The notes under the pieces are model-generated. The model saw nothing but the letters and a program-made list of their open reading frames with translations. It had not been told where the DNA came from and searched no databases. Position numbers and translations under genes: made by a program. DNA of 64,000 bases, from NCBI RefSeq assembly GCF_002113885.1, contig NW_018406874.1, forward strand, positions 812,713-876,712, read 5' to 3'. The DNA comes from Mizuhopecten yessoensis. Lineage: Eukaryota. This document shows, piece after piece, positions 1 to 12,665 of the stretch. How positions within the stretch are numbered: position 1 is the stretch's first letter; every line of letters starts with the position of its first letter.

Positions 1-190
1 CACTGTATATTGGTTACAGCATTGTTGAGCTGCTTATTACCACACACTATATTGGTTACAGCATTACTGAGCTGCTTATTACCACTCACTGTATATTGGT
101 TACAGCATTGTTGAGCTGCTTATTACCACACACTGTATATTGGTTACAGCATTACTGAGCTGCTTATTACCACACACTGTATATTGGTTA
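1..190. repeat. 44-bp minisatellite, about 4 copies, truncated by the window start
   Basis: Unit CACTGTATATTGGTTACAGCATT(GT/AC)TGAGCTGCTTATTACCACA repeated in tandem. Confidence 0.9.
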
Positions 191-479
191 TAACAACACA
201 CTGTTAGTTAGCTACAGCATTACAGAACTCAAAGTTCCTGTAAGTTTGTGATGTCATTACTGTGGCTGTCGGTACTGTTTCTGCACTCTTAAGTTTAGTA
301 CTACTTGTTGGTAATTCATATCTGTTTCTGGTTTAAGAACTATATATTTCAGTGACATGAGTAGTGTACAGTATTGTTAAACACAAGTCCTGTTGATGGC
401 AGAATTGTGAAGTTCAACACCAGTGCCAGTAGTGTTAATAACAGCGATGCTTAAGCTCAACAACGCTGGAGTTGGTTAC

Positions 480-1157
480 ACTTCTGTGAAGTAAAGCACC
501 ACCATTGCTTGCTACAGTGCTATAAAATTAAGCACCACCAGTGCTGGCTACAGTACTGTAAAGTTAAGCATCATCAGTGCTGGCTACAGTACTGTAAAGT
601 TAAGCACCACCAGTGCTGGCTACAGTGCTTTAACATTAAGCACCACCAGTGCTGGCTACAGTACTGTAAAGTTAAGCACCACCAGTGCTTGCTACAGTAC
701 TGTAAAGTTGAGTACCACAAGTGATGGACACAATACTGTAAAGTTAAGTATCACCAGTGCTGGCTACAGTGCTTTAAAATTAAGCACTATCAGTGCTTGC
801 TACAGTGCTATAAAATTAAGCACTACCAGTGATTGCTACAGTACTGTAAAGTTAAGCACCACCAGTGCTGGCTACAGTGCTTTAAAGTTAAGCACCACCA
901 GTACCAGTCACAGTACTGTGAATTAAGACCCACCAGTGATGGACACAATACTGTAAAGTTAAAGACCAACAGTGTTTGTCATTTTAATACTAAGTTAAGC
1001 ACTACCAAATGCTCGTCATAGCACAGCTATACCAGGTTAAACACAACTAGTGCTGGTCACAGTGTTGCTAAGTTAAGCACCACCAAATGCTGGTCATAGC
1101 ACAGCTATACCAGGTTAAGCACAACTAGTGCTGGTCACAGTGTTTCTAAGTTAAGCA
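480..1157. repeat. 36-bp minisatellite grading into a ~77-bp dimeric unit, immediately 3' of the FBXO22 stop codon
   Basis: Unit CAGTGCTGGCTACAGTACTGTAAAGTTAAGCACCAC. It explains the 12-aa periodic ORFs at 509-1021. Two ~77-bp copies lie at about 992-1157. Confidence 0.88.
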
Positions 1158-1170
1158 AATTGGTGTTATG

Positions 1171-4100
1171 TCATACTAGAGATACCATACATACAATGGT
1201 TGTGTATGCGTGGTAGAGTTTTGGGAGGGGCTTCGTCATCCCCCCCAGAATGGAGACATTATTGCTGGTAGAATTCCTATGTGAAGGATAAGTTGGACAA
1301 TTGTCACATGTCATATCTGAAGTCTCAGTCTGATACTTCTGTAGGAAGTTGAAACCAATTTCTCCATTGCCAAAGAAACCGAGCAATGGTGTCTTTGGAA
1401 ACATTTTCCTGAAGACTGATGATTCCACATTTTCACTGCCGTAGTGACCCTTGCCTCGTCCTAGACAGGCAAACATGAAGGCGTAACTCCTCTCCTCAGG
1501 TAAGTTACAGTCCTTGAGCTGCTTCAGTATTCTCTCCACTTCCTCAGGTCTGTGGATGTCTTCCTTGATGACTACTGAGGCCACCCTCACCTGTGGTCCA
1601 CACAGGGCCACGCACATCATGGACGCTGAGCCAGACTCGCTACAACATATGGCAATATTCCACTTTTAAATAGGTACAAAGTATGGAGACAAGTAATACT
1701 TTTATTTATAACTATTCAAAAACATGAGTATGTGTTTTTTTTTCCTTTTCACAATCACAACCAGTCATTGTCACATTGTATGTTTCGGTCAGTTCTGAAG
1801 GCAACAACTGACCTGTCACAGTCTTGTAATAGGTATTGCCCCGACTCTGGCCCTTCAATATCTGGTAAATAATGTTGGTTAATTTTATCAACTCTGACCT
1901 GTTAGCCTTTCATTTTGAGTCTAGATTAATTCTGGCCTCTCAGTATCTTTTTGTGGGTGTTGATTGATTCCGATGTCCATCTACCACACACATATTTCAT
2001 GGGATACATATCTTATGCACATTCTCAAAGAAAATTGATTGCAAATTCAGATATGTTGTGAAGATTTACTTAGTGAAGTGGTAACAAATATTACGACAAG
2101 ACTAAAACTAAAAATTACTAGCATTCGAAAAATTATGTCACACTGCATGAGGTCTCCAGAGTTTATCCTTACATACACTAGTCAGTATGTTGATAACTTT
2201 CACACATAGATCATGCAGTGTTTGTATTATGTTATAACATATCCATGTCCATGACTACACTAAAACAAACAGTATTCAACACCTTCCACATACCTGGCAG
2301 GGTCGTGTGGGTCGGGGTCAGAGGTTATGAGGTTATCTACATAGCCCCCAGCTATCACAGCTCCGTCGTACAGCTGTAACAGTGAGTAGCCAATCTCCGG
2401 GGGACAAAACGGCTCATCACAGAAGAAAAAGACGGCTTTTACTTCCTTGTCTGGCGGCACAGTGCTGAGTTCTGTCAGATATGTCAATCCAGAATGTGTT
2501 TCATCCATTTGATTTGCATAATTGTAAATGTCTACATTAAATGTAAAGAATTCCACCCCCTCGACATGTGGTAGAAAAAGACACGTGAGAGCCAGCTCGC
2601 TCTCCACCTCCGCAGTTCTCTTCAGATCTTTACTGGTACCTGGAACAGTCATAAATACCACAAGTGTGGGATACTTGGGTGAATCAAACTCACAGGATTA
2701 AATGTATTTACAAGGACTATACTTAACCCCCAGTTTTAACTACCTCAGCTTTAAAGTGGTGATTGAAAATACTCTGCTTTACGGAGTTCATTTCAAAGTA
2801 TTGAAAACAACATGAATCCTATGTAACATCAGCTCATGTCATTTTTATGAACAATTATAAGTTATTACACTAAGCTCAAATCAGTATTGGTTGCCATAGA
2901 AAGGGTAGGTTTCTATCGATTTGGGGCATGATTCATGGAAGGTGTCACTGTTACTAAAATTATCATTTTCTTCTCAGACTTGAACTTCAAAACAAAAGAT
3001 CACACAATGTCAAAGATCAGACGTGTTGTGTAAGATCCCCTGGTGAAGAACTTTTGGTATGATATGTTTTTTACATCATCTTATACCAATCTGTCCATAT
3101 AAAGTTTACAATATCTAATACATTCCGCATGTCACTCTGGAATTCAAACAAAATCACTTTGCACTCATGATCAACACCACAATCTTTTTGAAGGGACTAT
3201 TCTTTGTTTATATCTATATATATTTTTTTCAATTTGAAAGAAAATTGGCATTTTATATTTAAAACAACATTAATTAAACATTCACCAATAATCTAAAGCT
3301 ACAGTTGGCTCAATGTAAATAATATGTAAGCAATTATTTATTTTAGGAGTCAAACCTGCCTGTATCTGTAGGTTTTTAGAGCAAGTACTCTAATAATAGC
3401 CTACAACAGGTTACAAACACTACACAAGTAACACAAATAGCTGTAGCTTATCTTACACATTGATACCTACCCACAATGCCATCGGATGAAGCAGCCAGCA
3501 GTTTACAAGTCTTAGGTATCACCTTCCTCATTAGATCTCCTACACTGCTCAACATACACTTTGAAGCCCGTGGGTGTCGCATCTGGTGACGTGTGGGTAG
3601 TGGGATTTGCTGTTCAAACAACTGTGATGTACAGTACATAAAGAGAACACTGGGTTCTGTCCTTAGATCCTGTGTAAAACAAAACATTGGTATGTATCCT
3701 TGAAAAAACTCACTATAAAACTGTCACAGTAGGAAAACTATTAGTCATGTGTTGTAAAGCTTCTTTTACAAATAATATAGGGTGCTTTACAAATGTTGAA
3801 TATTATTATTGACAGTACAAATTTTGACAGATTCATCTACCCCTGTTTCACCTTTGTTTGATTTTCAGTATGGCAGTGAATTTAAATGTGGGTCAAATGT
3901 TTGAAGACCCCAAAGATTACATGCAGAATGGGCTTTACTAAATTGTTCAACGTGTAGTAGGGTCCAGATGGGGTTTGGGTGGAAAAGGAATTTGCAGGAA
4001 AAAAAAGTTTTGAACATTTTACCTGCACTGCAGACATAATCTCAGCAGCAAGTCCATCCAAACTCTCATCTTCATCATAATCAGCAAAAAAACATGACAT

Positions 4101-4775
4101 GCTCTTTCGCCTCTGTTTTAGTGATTTGGCAATAGTATTCCAGGTGCTACAGACCCTGTCAAAACAAAACAAAACTTCTGATCTCAAAGATAAGGCTTGT
4201 TAAAATAGCTGACTCCTTTTAAGATTTTTATGGCAAAGATATACTCTGGAACCTATTTTGGTAGTTAATTTCCAAAGGCCAGCATGTATAAAATAGGACA
4301 TGTTCGATTAATAAAACACAAAAAGAGCAAATAATGACTTAATTCCCGATTGTTTACCTCACAAGGAAATATGCTATGGCTTGGTGTGATATGAAGGTCA
4401 ATAATATTGATAATGGTCATTAGAGTGGTTTTCGGTTTCAACAAATTTTATTGTATTTACAAAAGGATGAGACAACAGGCAGTGTCTATATTAGTCTTCT
4501 CCTGAAACGGTACAACATATATATACATTTACAAAGAATAATAAGATATATTTACAAAATTATCGATAATTAATTACGCATTGAAATAAATTGACATTTA
4601 TATGGAAAATATGTATATATGTTTGAATAAATGATATGGCTGAATGTTTACACTACACACACTAATAACAAGGCTAACACTTCTACCAGTGGCGTAGATG
4701 ACTAGTACATTTTCGATGTTATGGTACAAGTACAAGTACTGCGTCTCTGGCAACGTACATACTTCTAAACACACA

Positions 4776-4808
<33 letters not shown>

Positions 4809-6412
4809 TCACAGAGCAGATTGATATAACGGGAAGTATTAGATAAAAATATACTAATCAAATTCGAGTTAGGTGAATCTATTAGTTAAATCAATAAATT
4901 TCTCAACTTTAGATAATATATAATTATTAGTTTCTGGTGATAGCTCATTATCTCCTGATGTAAGTAATTTCAGACTAATAAATCCTACTACATTATATAT
5001 TTCATAAAAATCCAGTCTGAATCAGAATTATTAGGACAAAAAAAGGAAAAATGATCAGCATCTTCGCGCAGTGCTCCACAAGAACAACTGCCATCTTGAA
5101 TAAGGTGATCAGTAAATTTATCGAAGTTTAAATCACTTGCTTTGTGCCTGATTTGACAGAGTATTATATTAAGATTCCTAGGATTGTACTGTTTAAAGAT
5201 CAGGGAAATATTATCTACAATGTACTTGATTATTATGATAGTTAGTAAGTCTATATTTGAACAAAGTAAGGGAATTAGCAGATGTTATAGAAGAATCTAA
5301 TAAGTTCCATAAGTTCATTTTATCAGGAAAGAAACTAGTGTTGTAGATATGAGTTCTAGCTTGAGGTACATTAAAGAATCTAGTATGCCTTAATCCATAT
5401 GGGTTATTAGCTTTATTAATAAAGGTACAATAATATTATAAAGATAGTCAGGTGTTAAGCGGTTTATTATCCTATACATTAGAATTGATTTATGTTTATG
5501 ACGTCTTAAACTTAAAGTTTCCATATTTACCTCAAGGTATAGTTTACGATGAGATGTCCCACTTCTTAATCCCGATATAATTTTCATAGCTTCAATTTGA
5601 ACAGATTCTAGCATATTAGAGTGGTTAATTGTAGTATGTTGTCATTTGTAACCCGAGTTTTTGATTTGAGAATGTGATATATATCTCCTTAGAATCTACT
5701 TAGATTTACATGCCGTTTGTCATCGATGAAGTAGAGATGCTATGTCCCTTCTGGAACACATGGTCGTATTCTCCTTGTATGTTTTGAGGGCAAATCTTTC
5801 CTTTTTCATACTCTGCCCTAGTTTTTTACAATTGATTCTTCAAGTCAAAAATATACATGTGGGTCATTCTAACAAGTAGATTCATTTATCACCTGGGTAT
5901 GATTTTACTGTGGATTACATTGTGTTGTGTAACGTTAATGTACATTCTATCACCTGGGTATGATTTTACTGTGGATTACATTGCGTTGTGTAACGTTACT
6001 GTACGTTATGGTTTATTTATTTCAAAATGTAGTTTGGTACCAGCTGCCTCTTTCTATGTTATTTTTAAAAAGAACTTAAAGACTTACCTGTACACAACTG
6101 ATCAAAAATATATTCGAGAAACAGAACTTTTCCTCAGACGTGAGGGGATACGTTAGGGTTCCTGTGCATCCCCTCAAGTAAGAGGATGTCCAACAATTCA
6201 ATCCGTTCTACTTTTGTTTCGTGTCGGGGTCTGAGAAGTTAGAACTACTGAAACTTATCCGTGGTTTCTTGCATGAAGATGTTTTTGTATATTATGAATA
6301 ACTACCTGGAACATGTGTTGAGTGATTTCGCTGATAGATTCTGCAATACCAGATTTGCTATCACTGGTATATTTAGGACGACAGCAGGCGATAGAATTGA
6401 AGCATGCTCCAT
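1171..6412 (-). CDS. FBXO22: F-box only protein 22 (F-box plus FIST domain), 5 exons, 417 aa
   Basis: Exons complement(6306-6412, 4023-4155, 3471-3669, 2294-2639, 1171-1639). All introns are GT-AG, phases are consistent, total 1254 nt. The N-terminal F-box reads LNIPVIANLVLQNLSAKSLNTCSR|VCSTWN. The C-terminal FIST-C motifs FMFACLGRG, FRKMFPKTPLLGFFGNGEIG and HAYTTIVCMV are characteristic of FBXO22. Confidence 0.93.
4431..5614 (-). mobile_element. 5'-truncated, degraded LINE (ORF2 C-terminus plus 3'UTR) in FBXO22 intron 1
   Basis: ORF2-like text LESVQIEAMKIISG...LYLEVNMETLSLRR, then SFFPDKMNLWN. The 3' end reads AATAAAATTTGTTGAAACC. A 12-bp target-site duplication ATTAGAGTGGTT lies at 4419-4430 and 5615-5626. 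Internal (CA)n at about 4770-4808. Confidence 0.85.
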
Positions 6413-6760
6413 TTTGAATGTTTACGTTTCCCAACCGATCACGTGATGTTCTAAAAATAAATACACATTAGGGGCATGTTATTTTTGTTGAAATATTTAT
6501 TTTCTACACATAGAATAAAATGTAATTTATCCTTGAATCGTAAAATCTAAATAACTAGGCCTATCCTATTCAAAAGGCATTTGGCATTTCGTGTGATATA
6601 AATAATCGACACCGTTCAAATGTTTGAAAAGCTCGAGAAAAGTTCAAGCATCTCAATGACAAAGCCAACTGGTTACAAGACGATAAAAAATGTTTACAAA
6701 TGGCTGGCTCTAATCGTGCAGTGCGTTAAATTAGACGCAGTCCCCGGTTAAAAACCAGAC
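6413..6760. promoter_or_regulatory. Probable bidirectional promoter between FBXO22 and the CCDC192-like gene
   Basis: Divergent ATGs at 6412 (-) and 6761 (+), about 350 bp apart. Palindromic E-box TCACGTGA at 6439-6446. Confidence 0.6.
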
Positions 6761-9700
6761 ATGGGGTCTGGGTATAGTAAATCTAGTCAGGTGCAGGCAG
6801 TTCATTTTGAACCAGAAGGAGACAAATCAGAGTCAAGGTATGCACGCCAGTTAATTTATTTTAGTCATGATTACAGTACCGACTATGGTCATGCCTTTTA
6901 AGTTTTGATGAGGCTGTACTGGCTTCAGAAGTATCAAGTCTCTACTTCTAGTATACAGACATCCTGGCCAATTGAATACCTGATCATTATGTATGATTTG
7001 CCTTCGAAAACAAATGTTATCAACAAACGCATGTCACTATGATCAATGGTGTTGGAAATCTGACTGTAAACTGAGATAAAAAAATCATATAAAAAAAAGA
7101 AGGGTATTACTTTAAGAAAATTACATTTTTATAGTATTTTTTTGCTATGATGGCATGTTTCCACAGTAGTCCAAAATATGAGACTGCGTACTGTAGCTAC
7201 AAATGTAGCTGGATGCGTTTTAAGGTGCTAGTGTGTATTGAAACCGTAAACTATAGACAAATGTTTCAACAACAGTTGTAGATACAACTGTACTTTCGTT
7301 TGTGAATTCAATTAATTAATTTATGGACTGATCTTATTTTAATCACAGACCATCTTCAGGCAGCGTCAAAAGGACCAAATCCAGGAGCTCCAAAGATGAG
7401 GTATAGCAATATGCCAACTTATATGTACTATAAACAATTCAAATGTCTATGTGCCGAAGAAAATAAGATAGACTAGATCAAGTCTGTAAGATGTGAATTC
7501 CCAACAGGGATTCCTTAGTCCTGTATTCCATACATGAGTAAATTTAATTCTTATTTATAGAGGAAGTGACTATATATGACATTTTACTGAAGACTTTCAG
7601 TTTGAAGCATCAATTCATTTAATTAAAATACATAATATTTAAATGCTCTTAATATTCGTAAAAGAATCATTAAATATGACTGAGGATGGGGACGGTATAG
7701 AAAGAGTGATGGCAAGCATTGTTAATATAAGGTAACAGTGATAATGAACTTGTATGCCAGTATCCAGAAATGCAAACATGTGCAAGCTAGGTTAAGATAA
7801 ATACCTGTCCAGTCTCCATATCTGTGCACGTTTACTGTGTATTCTAGGGAAGGACATTAAACACAGCCAAATTAAGGCAATGCTATGATAAACCAATAAG
7901 AGATCATTCAAAGCATTTTTACATCTGCTCAGTGCTGAACTTTCTTAAAAAATAAGTGTAACATTATTTATCAATGTCCAGATTAATTATTGTGATATCC
8001 AGTGGCCATAATGAGATATGCCACTGATATATATATTCATTTTACTTAAAAGACATAAACATAATCTCATAATACTGTGAAATAGAGTGGAAATAGACAT
8101 GTCAATATATTTTTGAGCAAGATAAATGTTCAAGTGAATATTGATTTTTTTGAAGAGTGGTGTAAATGAAGATGTGAAATTGAAAGAGGCAGAGAAGAGG
8201 ATTTTGGAGCTAGAAAAACAGGTAATGATGTTCCTGAAAAATTGTGTTCAGATTTTTATATCTTGAAAATCAGTTTATGTATACTCTTAGTCATCTTTGC
8301 TAGCCAAGGGTTAAGATCCGGTACGATCGACCTACTGTTCACTCTGGAGAGTAGGAAGACTGGATCATAACCCTTGGCTAGCGAAGATGACTCTTAGTAC
8401 ATATATATAACTTTACTTATGGCTTGTGAAAAAATATAACATACAGCAATTCTTATTATCACAGTTGTTAGTTCATATTATACACATGTTTATAAAAATT
8501 AACAATAAATAAATACTGTTTACTGGGAAATTTTCAACCAGTCAAACTTTCACCCTGCATCAGTGAAATCCATATTCACCGGCCAGTTTTAATTTTACCC
8601 TTCACATTTAATTACTGTGTTTATAATGTTGTTTACTAATGTTAGATGTAATGAAGAATTTGCCCTCATTACGGAGGATGTAAAATGCGAAAATGAAACT
8701 GCAGCAAAAATGACCTGGTATACAATTCAGCAACACCTCAGCCTTCCTTACATGTGTTTTTTCTACCCACGTACATGTTACCTTTAGTCGGCTGAGACAG
8801 AGAGTGAAAACCTTGATCTACAGGACCGTGTACAGGGGCTGGAGTGTCAGCTTGACCAGGCAGCTAGACTACAAACTGTGCAGGAACTTGAAGAGCCAGA
8901 AGATCTAACCGAGACCCTGAAAGCCAAGGACATGTCCATAGCTAATGCCGAGAAGGAAAAGAAAGCTCTCCAGACAGAATTAACAAAAATGGTAAACAAT
9001 AAACATTACACTGTTTATTAATATCAAGATTTTAATAATACTTTGTGAAATTTGTATTACTAACATAAGCAGTCTCCTTTGTTCTTTTCTCCATTTGTGT
9101 TCCTTGCATTGTCTTCATGTTATTTATGAATGGACTTGAGAGTCCACTTATTTTACTTTCATTTTAATCCCTACATGTCGCTTGTTACTAAAATTAATTA
9201 AAATCATTGCATAAAACAGCTTAAACGATTCACATTTATTATTTAATCTAGATAGGGTTATTGTAAGTATTATTTCAGACATTTTTTGTAAGATATTGCC
9301 AGGCAGTTTCTCCACCCTGAAAATATTCAAATACATTGTAGTTGGCAAATACCAAGGTATATATATACAAGTACAAGTGTTTGTTGGACGGTTAGAGCAC
9401 TTTACTATTGGTTTTGTTTCTAACAGAAAAACCGATACAGGAAGCGGATCAAGACTCTGATGAGCCAGGTGTCCGAGGCAAAACAGGAGCAGTCCATCCA
9501 AATGTTTGAGCTACGAGATGAAATCAGCCGGCTACGGGAGGAGAACAGGAAAGTTAGAGGTAATGATCATAAATAAAACAGATAGAAATGATAGGAAATC
9601 TAGGGTAACTCATCACACTAATACATTGTTTATGCTGATGATGTCACGCGCATGTATATAACTAAAATGTTTTAAAACATTTAAAAATGCACCAACACTG

Positions 9701-10687
9701 ATGATAACAGGTTAATTATATACCTCCCACACTTAATTTGACATCTTTTTGTACATTTTTTATGATGATGAACTATTACAATGGGTCTGACTAAAGATGT
9801 TGATCTTACATGTCCAGGCAATGCTGTACTATATTACCGCTTTTCTCCTTATTTCAGAAAAGAGCAATTCTGCCTCCAGTAAAACATCTGTTGAAGAGGA
9901 ACCTCCGGGTGGTAACAAAATGATGATTGTGGTGGAATTGTCCAATCAGGTTTCTGAGCAAGAAGATACAATCAACAAGCTGGAGAGAGAAAACAAAGAG
10001 AAACAGCTGATAATTGACAAACTTTTAGTTGAGTCTAAAAACGGAAGTAAATTAAAATATTTTCCCTCGCCGAGGAGAGAAGATTTAGAAAGAGAGAAAG
10101 AAACAGAGGAAAAGAATTCTTTACAGAAATTATCATCTGGACTAGGACAATATACAAAACCTCCTATGTCTGGAGGGAACAACAGAATGCCAGGAAATGA
10201 CATTGACTTTGAGGACGAACGAAATTGTTCTGGTGCTAGTCGTGACTCTGGTCTGGGATCTGCCAGCAGAAACGGCAGAAATCCTCCAAAGTTAACCTCA
10301 GGTTTATCCAAGCTGTCCACTCTGTCCGACTCGGATTGGGAATCAGATGAACCTTTGTCTGTACAGTCTAAAATCCGGAGTGCTCCAGCCGATGTCCATG
10401 CCAAAAGGACAGCCTCCAGGTGTAGTACAATTAGTTATAAAACCACAGAAGATGACTGTATATCTGTAGACGATAGTGCCTCGGTATCATCAATGACAAA
10501 GAAGTCAAAGAAAATGTCATACCTTCAGCGAAGGTTCCGACCAGAGATTGGACACGGAGACTCTACAAGATCACCACTGCCTACAATGAATGCATTTGAA
10601 AATGAGACTAGTTTACAAAGCAAACATTTTTTCCTCACACAGTCTGGTTCGCCTATCAGTGAATCTGACCCAGTACCAGCACATTGA
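6761..10687 (+). CDS. CCDC192: Coiled-coil protein, CCDC192-like, 6 exons, 453 aa
   Basis: Exons 6761-6837, 7349-7400, 8156-8221, 8788-8991, 9427-9559, 9858-10687. GT-AG introns, consistent phases, 1362 nt. Starts MGSGYSK. The segments LKEAEKRILELEKQ, KAKDMSIANAEKEKKALQTEL and KMMIVVELSNQVSEQEDTINKLERENKEKQLIIDKL match, from memory, the order and wording of vertebrate CCDC192 coiled-coil blocks. The gene model is firmer than the orthology call. Confidence 0.75.
8292..8389. mobile_element. 98-bp MITE with ~28-bp TIRs and a 9-bp TSD
   Basis: CATCTTTGCTAGCCAAGGGTTAAGATCC ... GGATCATAACCCTTGGCTAGCGAAGATG, flanked on both sides by ACTCTTAGT. Confidence 0.85.
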
Positions 10688-11811
10688 AAACAGCACCAAA
10701 CTACCCCCTTTAACACATTCCAACAACCTATTCCATTTAAAGACAGCTAGAAAACTGTTACTTTCTGCATTCCCTCAGTGTGAAGGTTTGAGGAATTATT
10801 ATTACATCATTAAATCTTCAAAAAGATTAGGAAAATGTTGAATATGTATTTGTGCTTATTGCTTATTGTAAGCCATTGTTTGATGTGACTGTATCCAGGT
10901 CACACATACTTTACAGAGAGATCATTTTAAGTTGTGTAACCTCAGTATACTTGTTGCCACATTTACATATAATAGGCATAAAGAGACAAATACATCCATG
11001 CTACCAGGCAACAGGTCCAAGCATCACTCTGGGGACTTAGTTCCTGCTTCATGTCTTTGAAATGGTTGAAATCTCTACCCTTAAACTACATATCACAATA
11101 GCTTAAATAACAAATACAACCATGCTACTAGGATCAGCCTTGGTGTCCAGCCATGCCCCTGATGTCTTAGTCTCTGGGTTATAACTTAGCATTGGTTGTA
11201 ATCATATTAACAATTGCTAGGCATGAAAAGATAAGCAATCATGCTACCGGGATGGCTACTAGGTCCAGCCAGGCCCCTGTAGGCTTAGTTCCTGGGTCAT
11301 TAAGTAAATAATTATACAGTTATAAGTACTAGGCATAAGAATAAGAAAGAGTCGTTGGGAGAAGGAAATAAAATGTTATTTAAAGTAAGGATCAAGTCCC
11401 AAAAATGGGAAATATTGAGAATTGATGATGTTTTGTTGTATGTTTCATTTACATATTAATAAAGGGTTATTTTTATCATGTGACAATCAGCTCAATGGTT
11501 TACTGTGATATGATCCATTAAGTCCAGGTGGTGCTGATACTGCTGCACATCAGCCTTACAATACCACTACATATGTTCAACCTTAGAGAGTGTGAGTTAT
11601 ATACAACAAAGGAATCGGGCGAGATGTGCTATGATGGTACATCTGCTCATAGTGTGGTTTATTTATATACACATGAATTGATTCTTCCTGTGTTAACTTA
11701 ATTATTAAACTGTTGATCATTTTTTCAATCAGAAGTGTTTGTTCTATATATCATTTTGTATTTGTGATCAACTTTTAGATATGTGCTTGAGTAGAATGAA
11801 ACAACAAAAAG

Positions 11812-12505
11812 AAACTAGAAACACTGAGCAAGCTCAAACAGACATATCCCCCGCTTGTACTTAACTTGTTTCTGGAGCAGAAGTCTCAAGGGCCACAATT
11901 CCATAAAAACAAGACAATTCGGCAAATTATAGTCCCCTACTGAATGTGAAATGCACAGATGATAAATTTGTGCAGAAACTCAATTCTATATATGAATGTT
12001 TGACAGACCCACAGCATTCAATTAGGAATAGTGTCAGCGACCTGGCCAAAAACAGAGTGACCTACTTTGATATACGACACACACCCTCACTAAGATGAAC
12101 CCATACTCCAAGTATAAAGTTCCAGTGACTAGTAGTGTAGGAGATAGAGCCTGGACAAACTTTTTCTTTGATGCAGGTCAAAGGTCAAAATCTTGGTCAG
12201 AGTGACCTACTTTTAATACACAACACACCACCTCACCAAGGTGAACCCATACCCCAAGTATGAAGTTCCAGTGACTAGTAGTGTAGGAGATAGAGCCCGG
12301 ACAAACTTTTTCTTTGATGTAGGTCAAAGGTCAAAATNNNNNNNNNNNNNNNNNNNNNNNNNNNNNNNNNNNNNNNNNNNNNNNNNNNNNNNNNNNNNNN
12401 NNNNNNNNNNNNNNNNNNNNNNNNNNNNNNNNNNNNNNNNNNNNNNNNNNNNNNNNNNNNNNNNNNNNNNNCCCCCCCCCCCGGTTCCCAGTGGGGGACT
12501 AAAAA
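11812..12505 (+). mobile_element. HINE/Helentron-like non-autonomous element with central ~146-bp tandem repeats (spans assembly gap 12338-12471)
   Basis: 5' AAACTAGA start, two ~146-bp internal repeats with GGTCAAAGGTCAA motifs, and a 3' hairpin CCCCC..GGGGG followed by an A-run. Confidence 0.65.
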
Positions 12506-12559
12506 TAAAACAACTAGTTGAATCATGAATCTCTTCCTTCATGCATGTGGTGTATTTTT

Positions 12560-12665
12560 ACTGTGTCAAGTTACGAAAAATCAACCAAGGGTTAATGAGA
12601 AGTTTAGGAGACAGACAGGCTGATTCCTATATACCCCCATAAACTGTTTGCAGGGGGTATAAAAT
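12560..12665 (+). mobile_element. 3' fragment of a HINE-like element
   Basis: GACAGACAGG microsatellite, then hairpin TATACCCCC...GGGGGTATA and an A-run. Confidence 0.55.

Noticed and set aside
5883-6000. ~60-bp direct duplication in FBXO22 intron 1
   Set aside because: It is a simple two-copy local duplication with no further structure.
6088-6130. CAG|GTAAGT at 6088 as the FBXO22 first coding exon
   Set aside because: There is an in-frame TGA just upstream in the required phase. The true F-box exon is 6306-6412.
9946-10404. 152-aa minus-strand ORF
   Set aside because: It is the antisense shadow of the CCDC192-like last exon.
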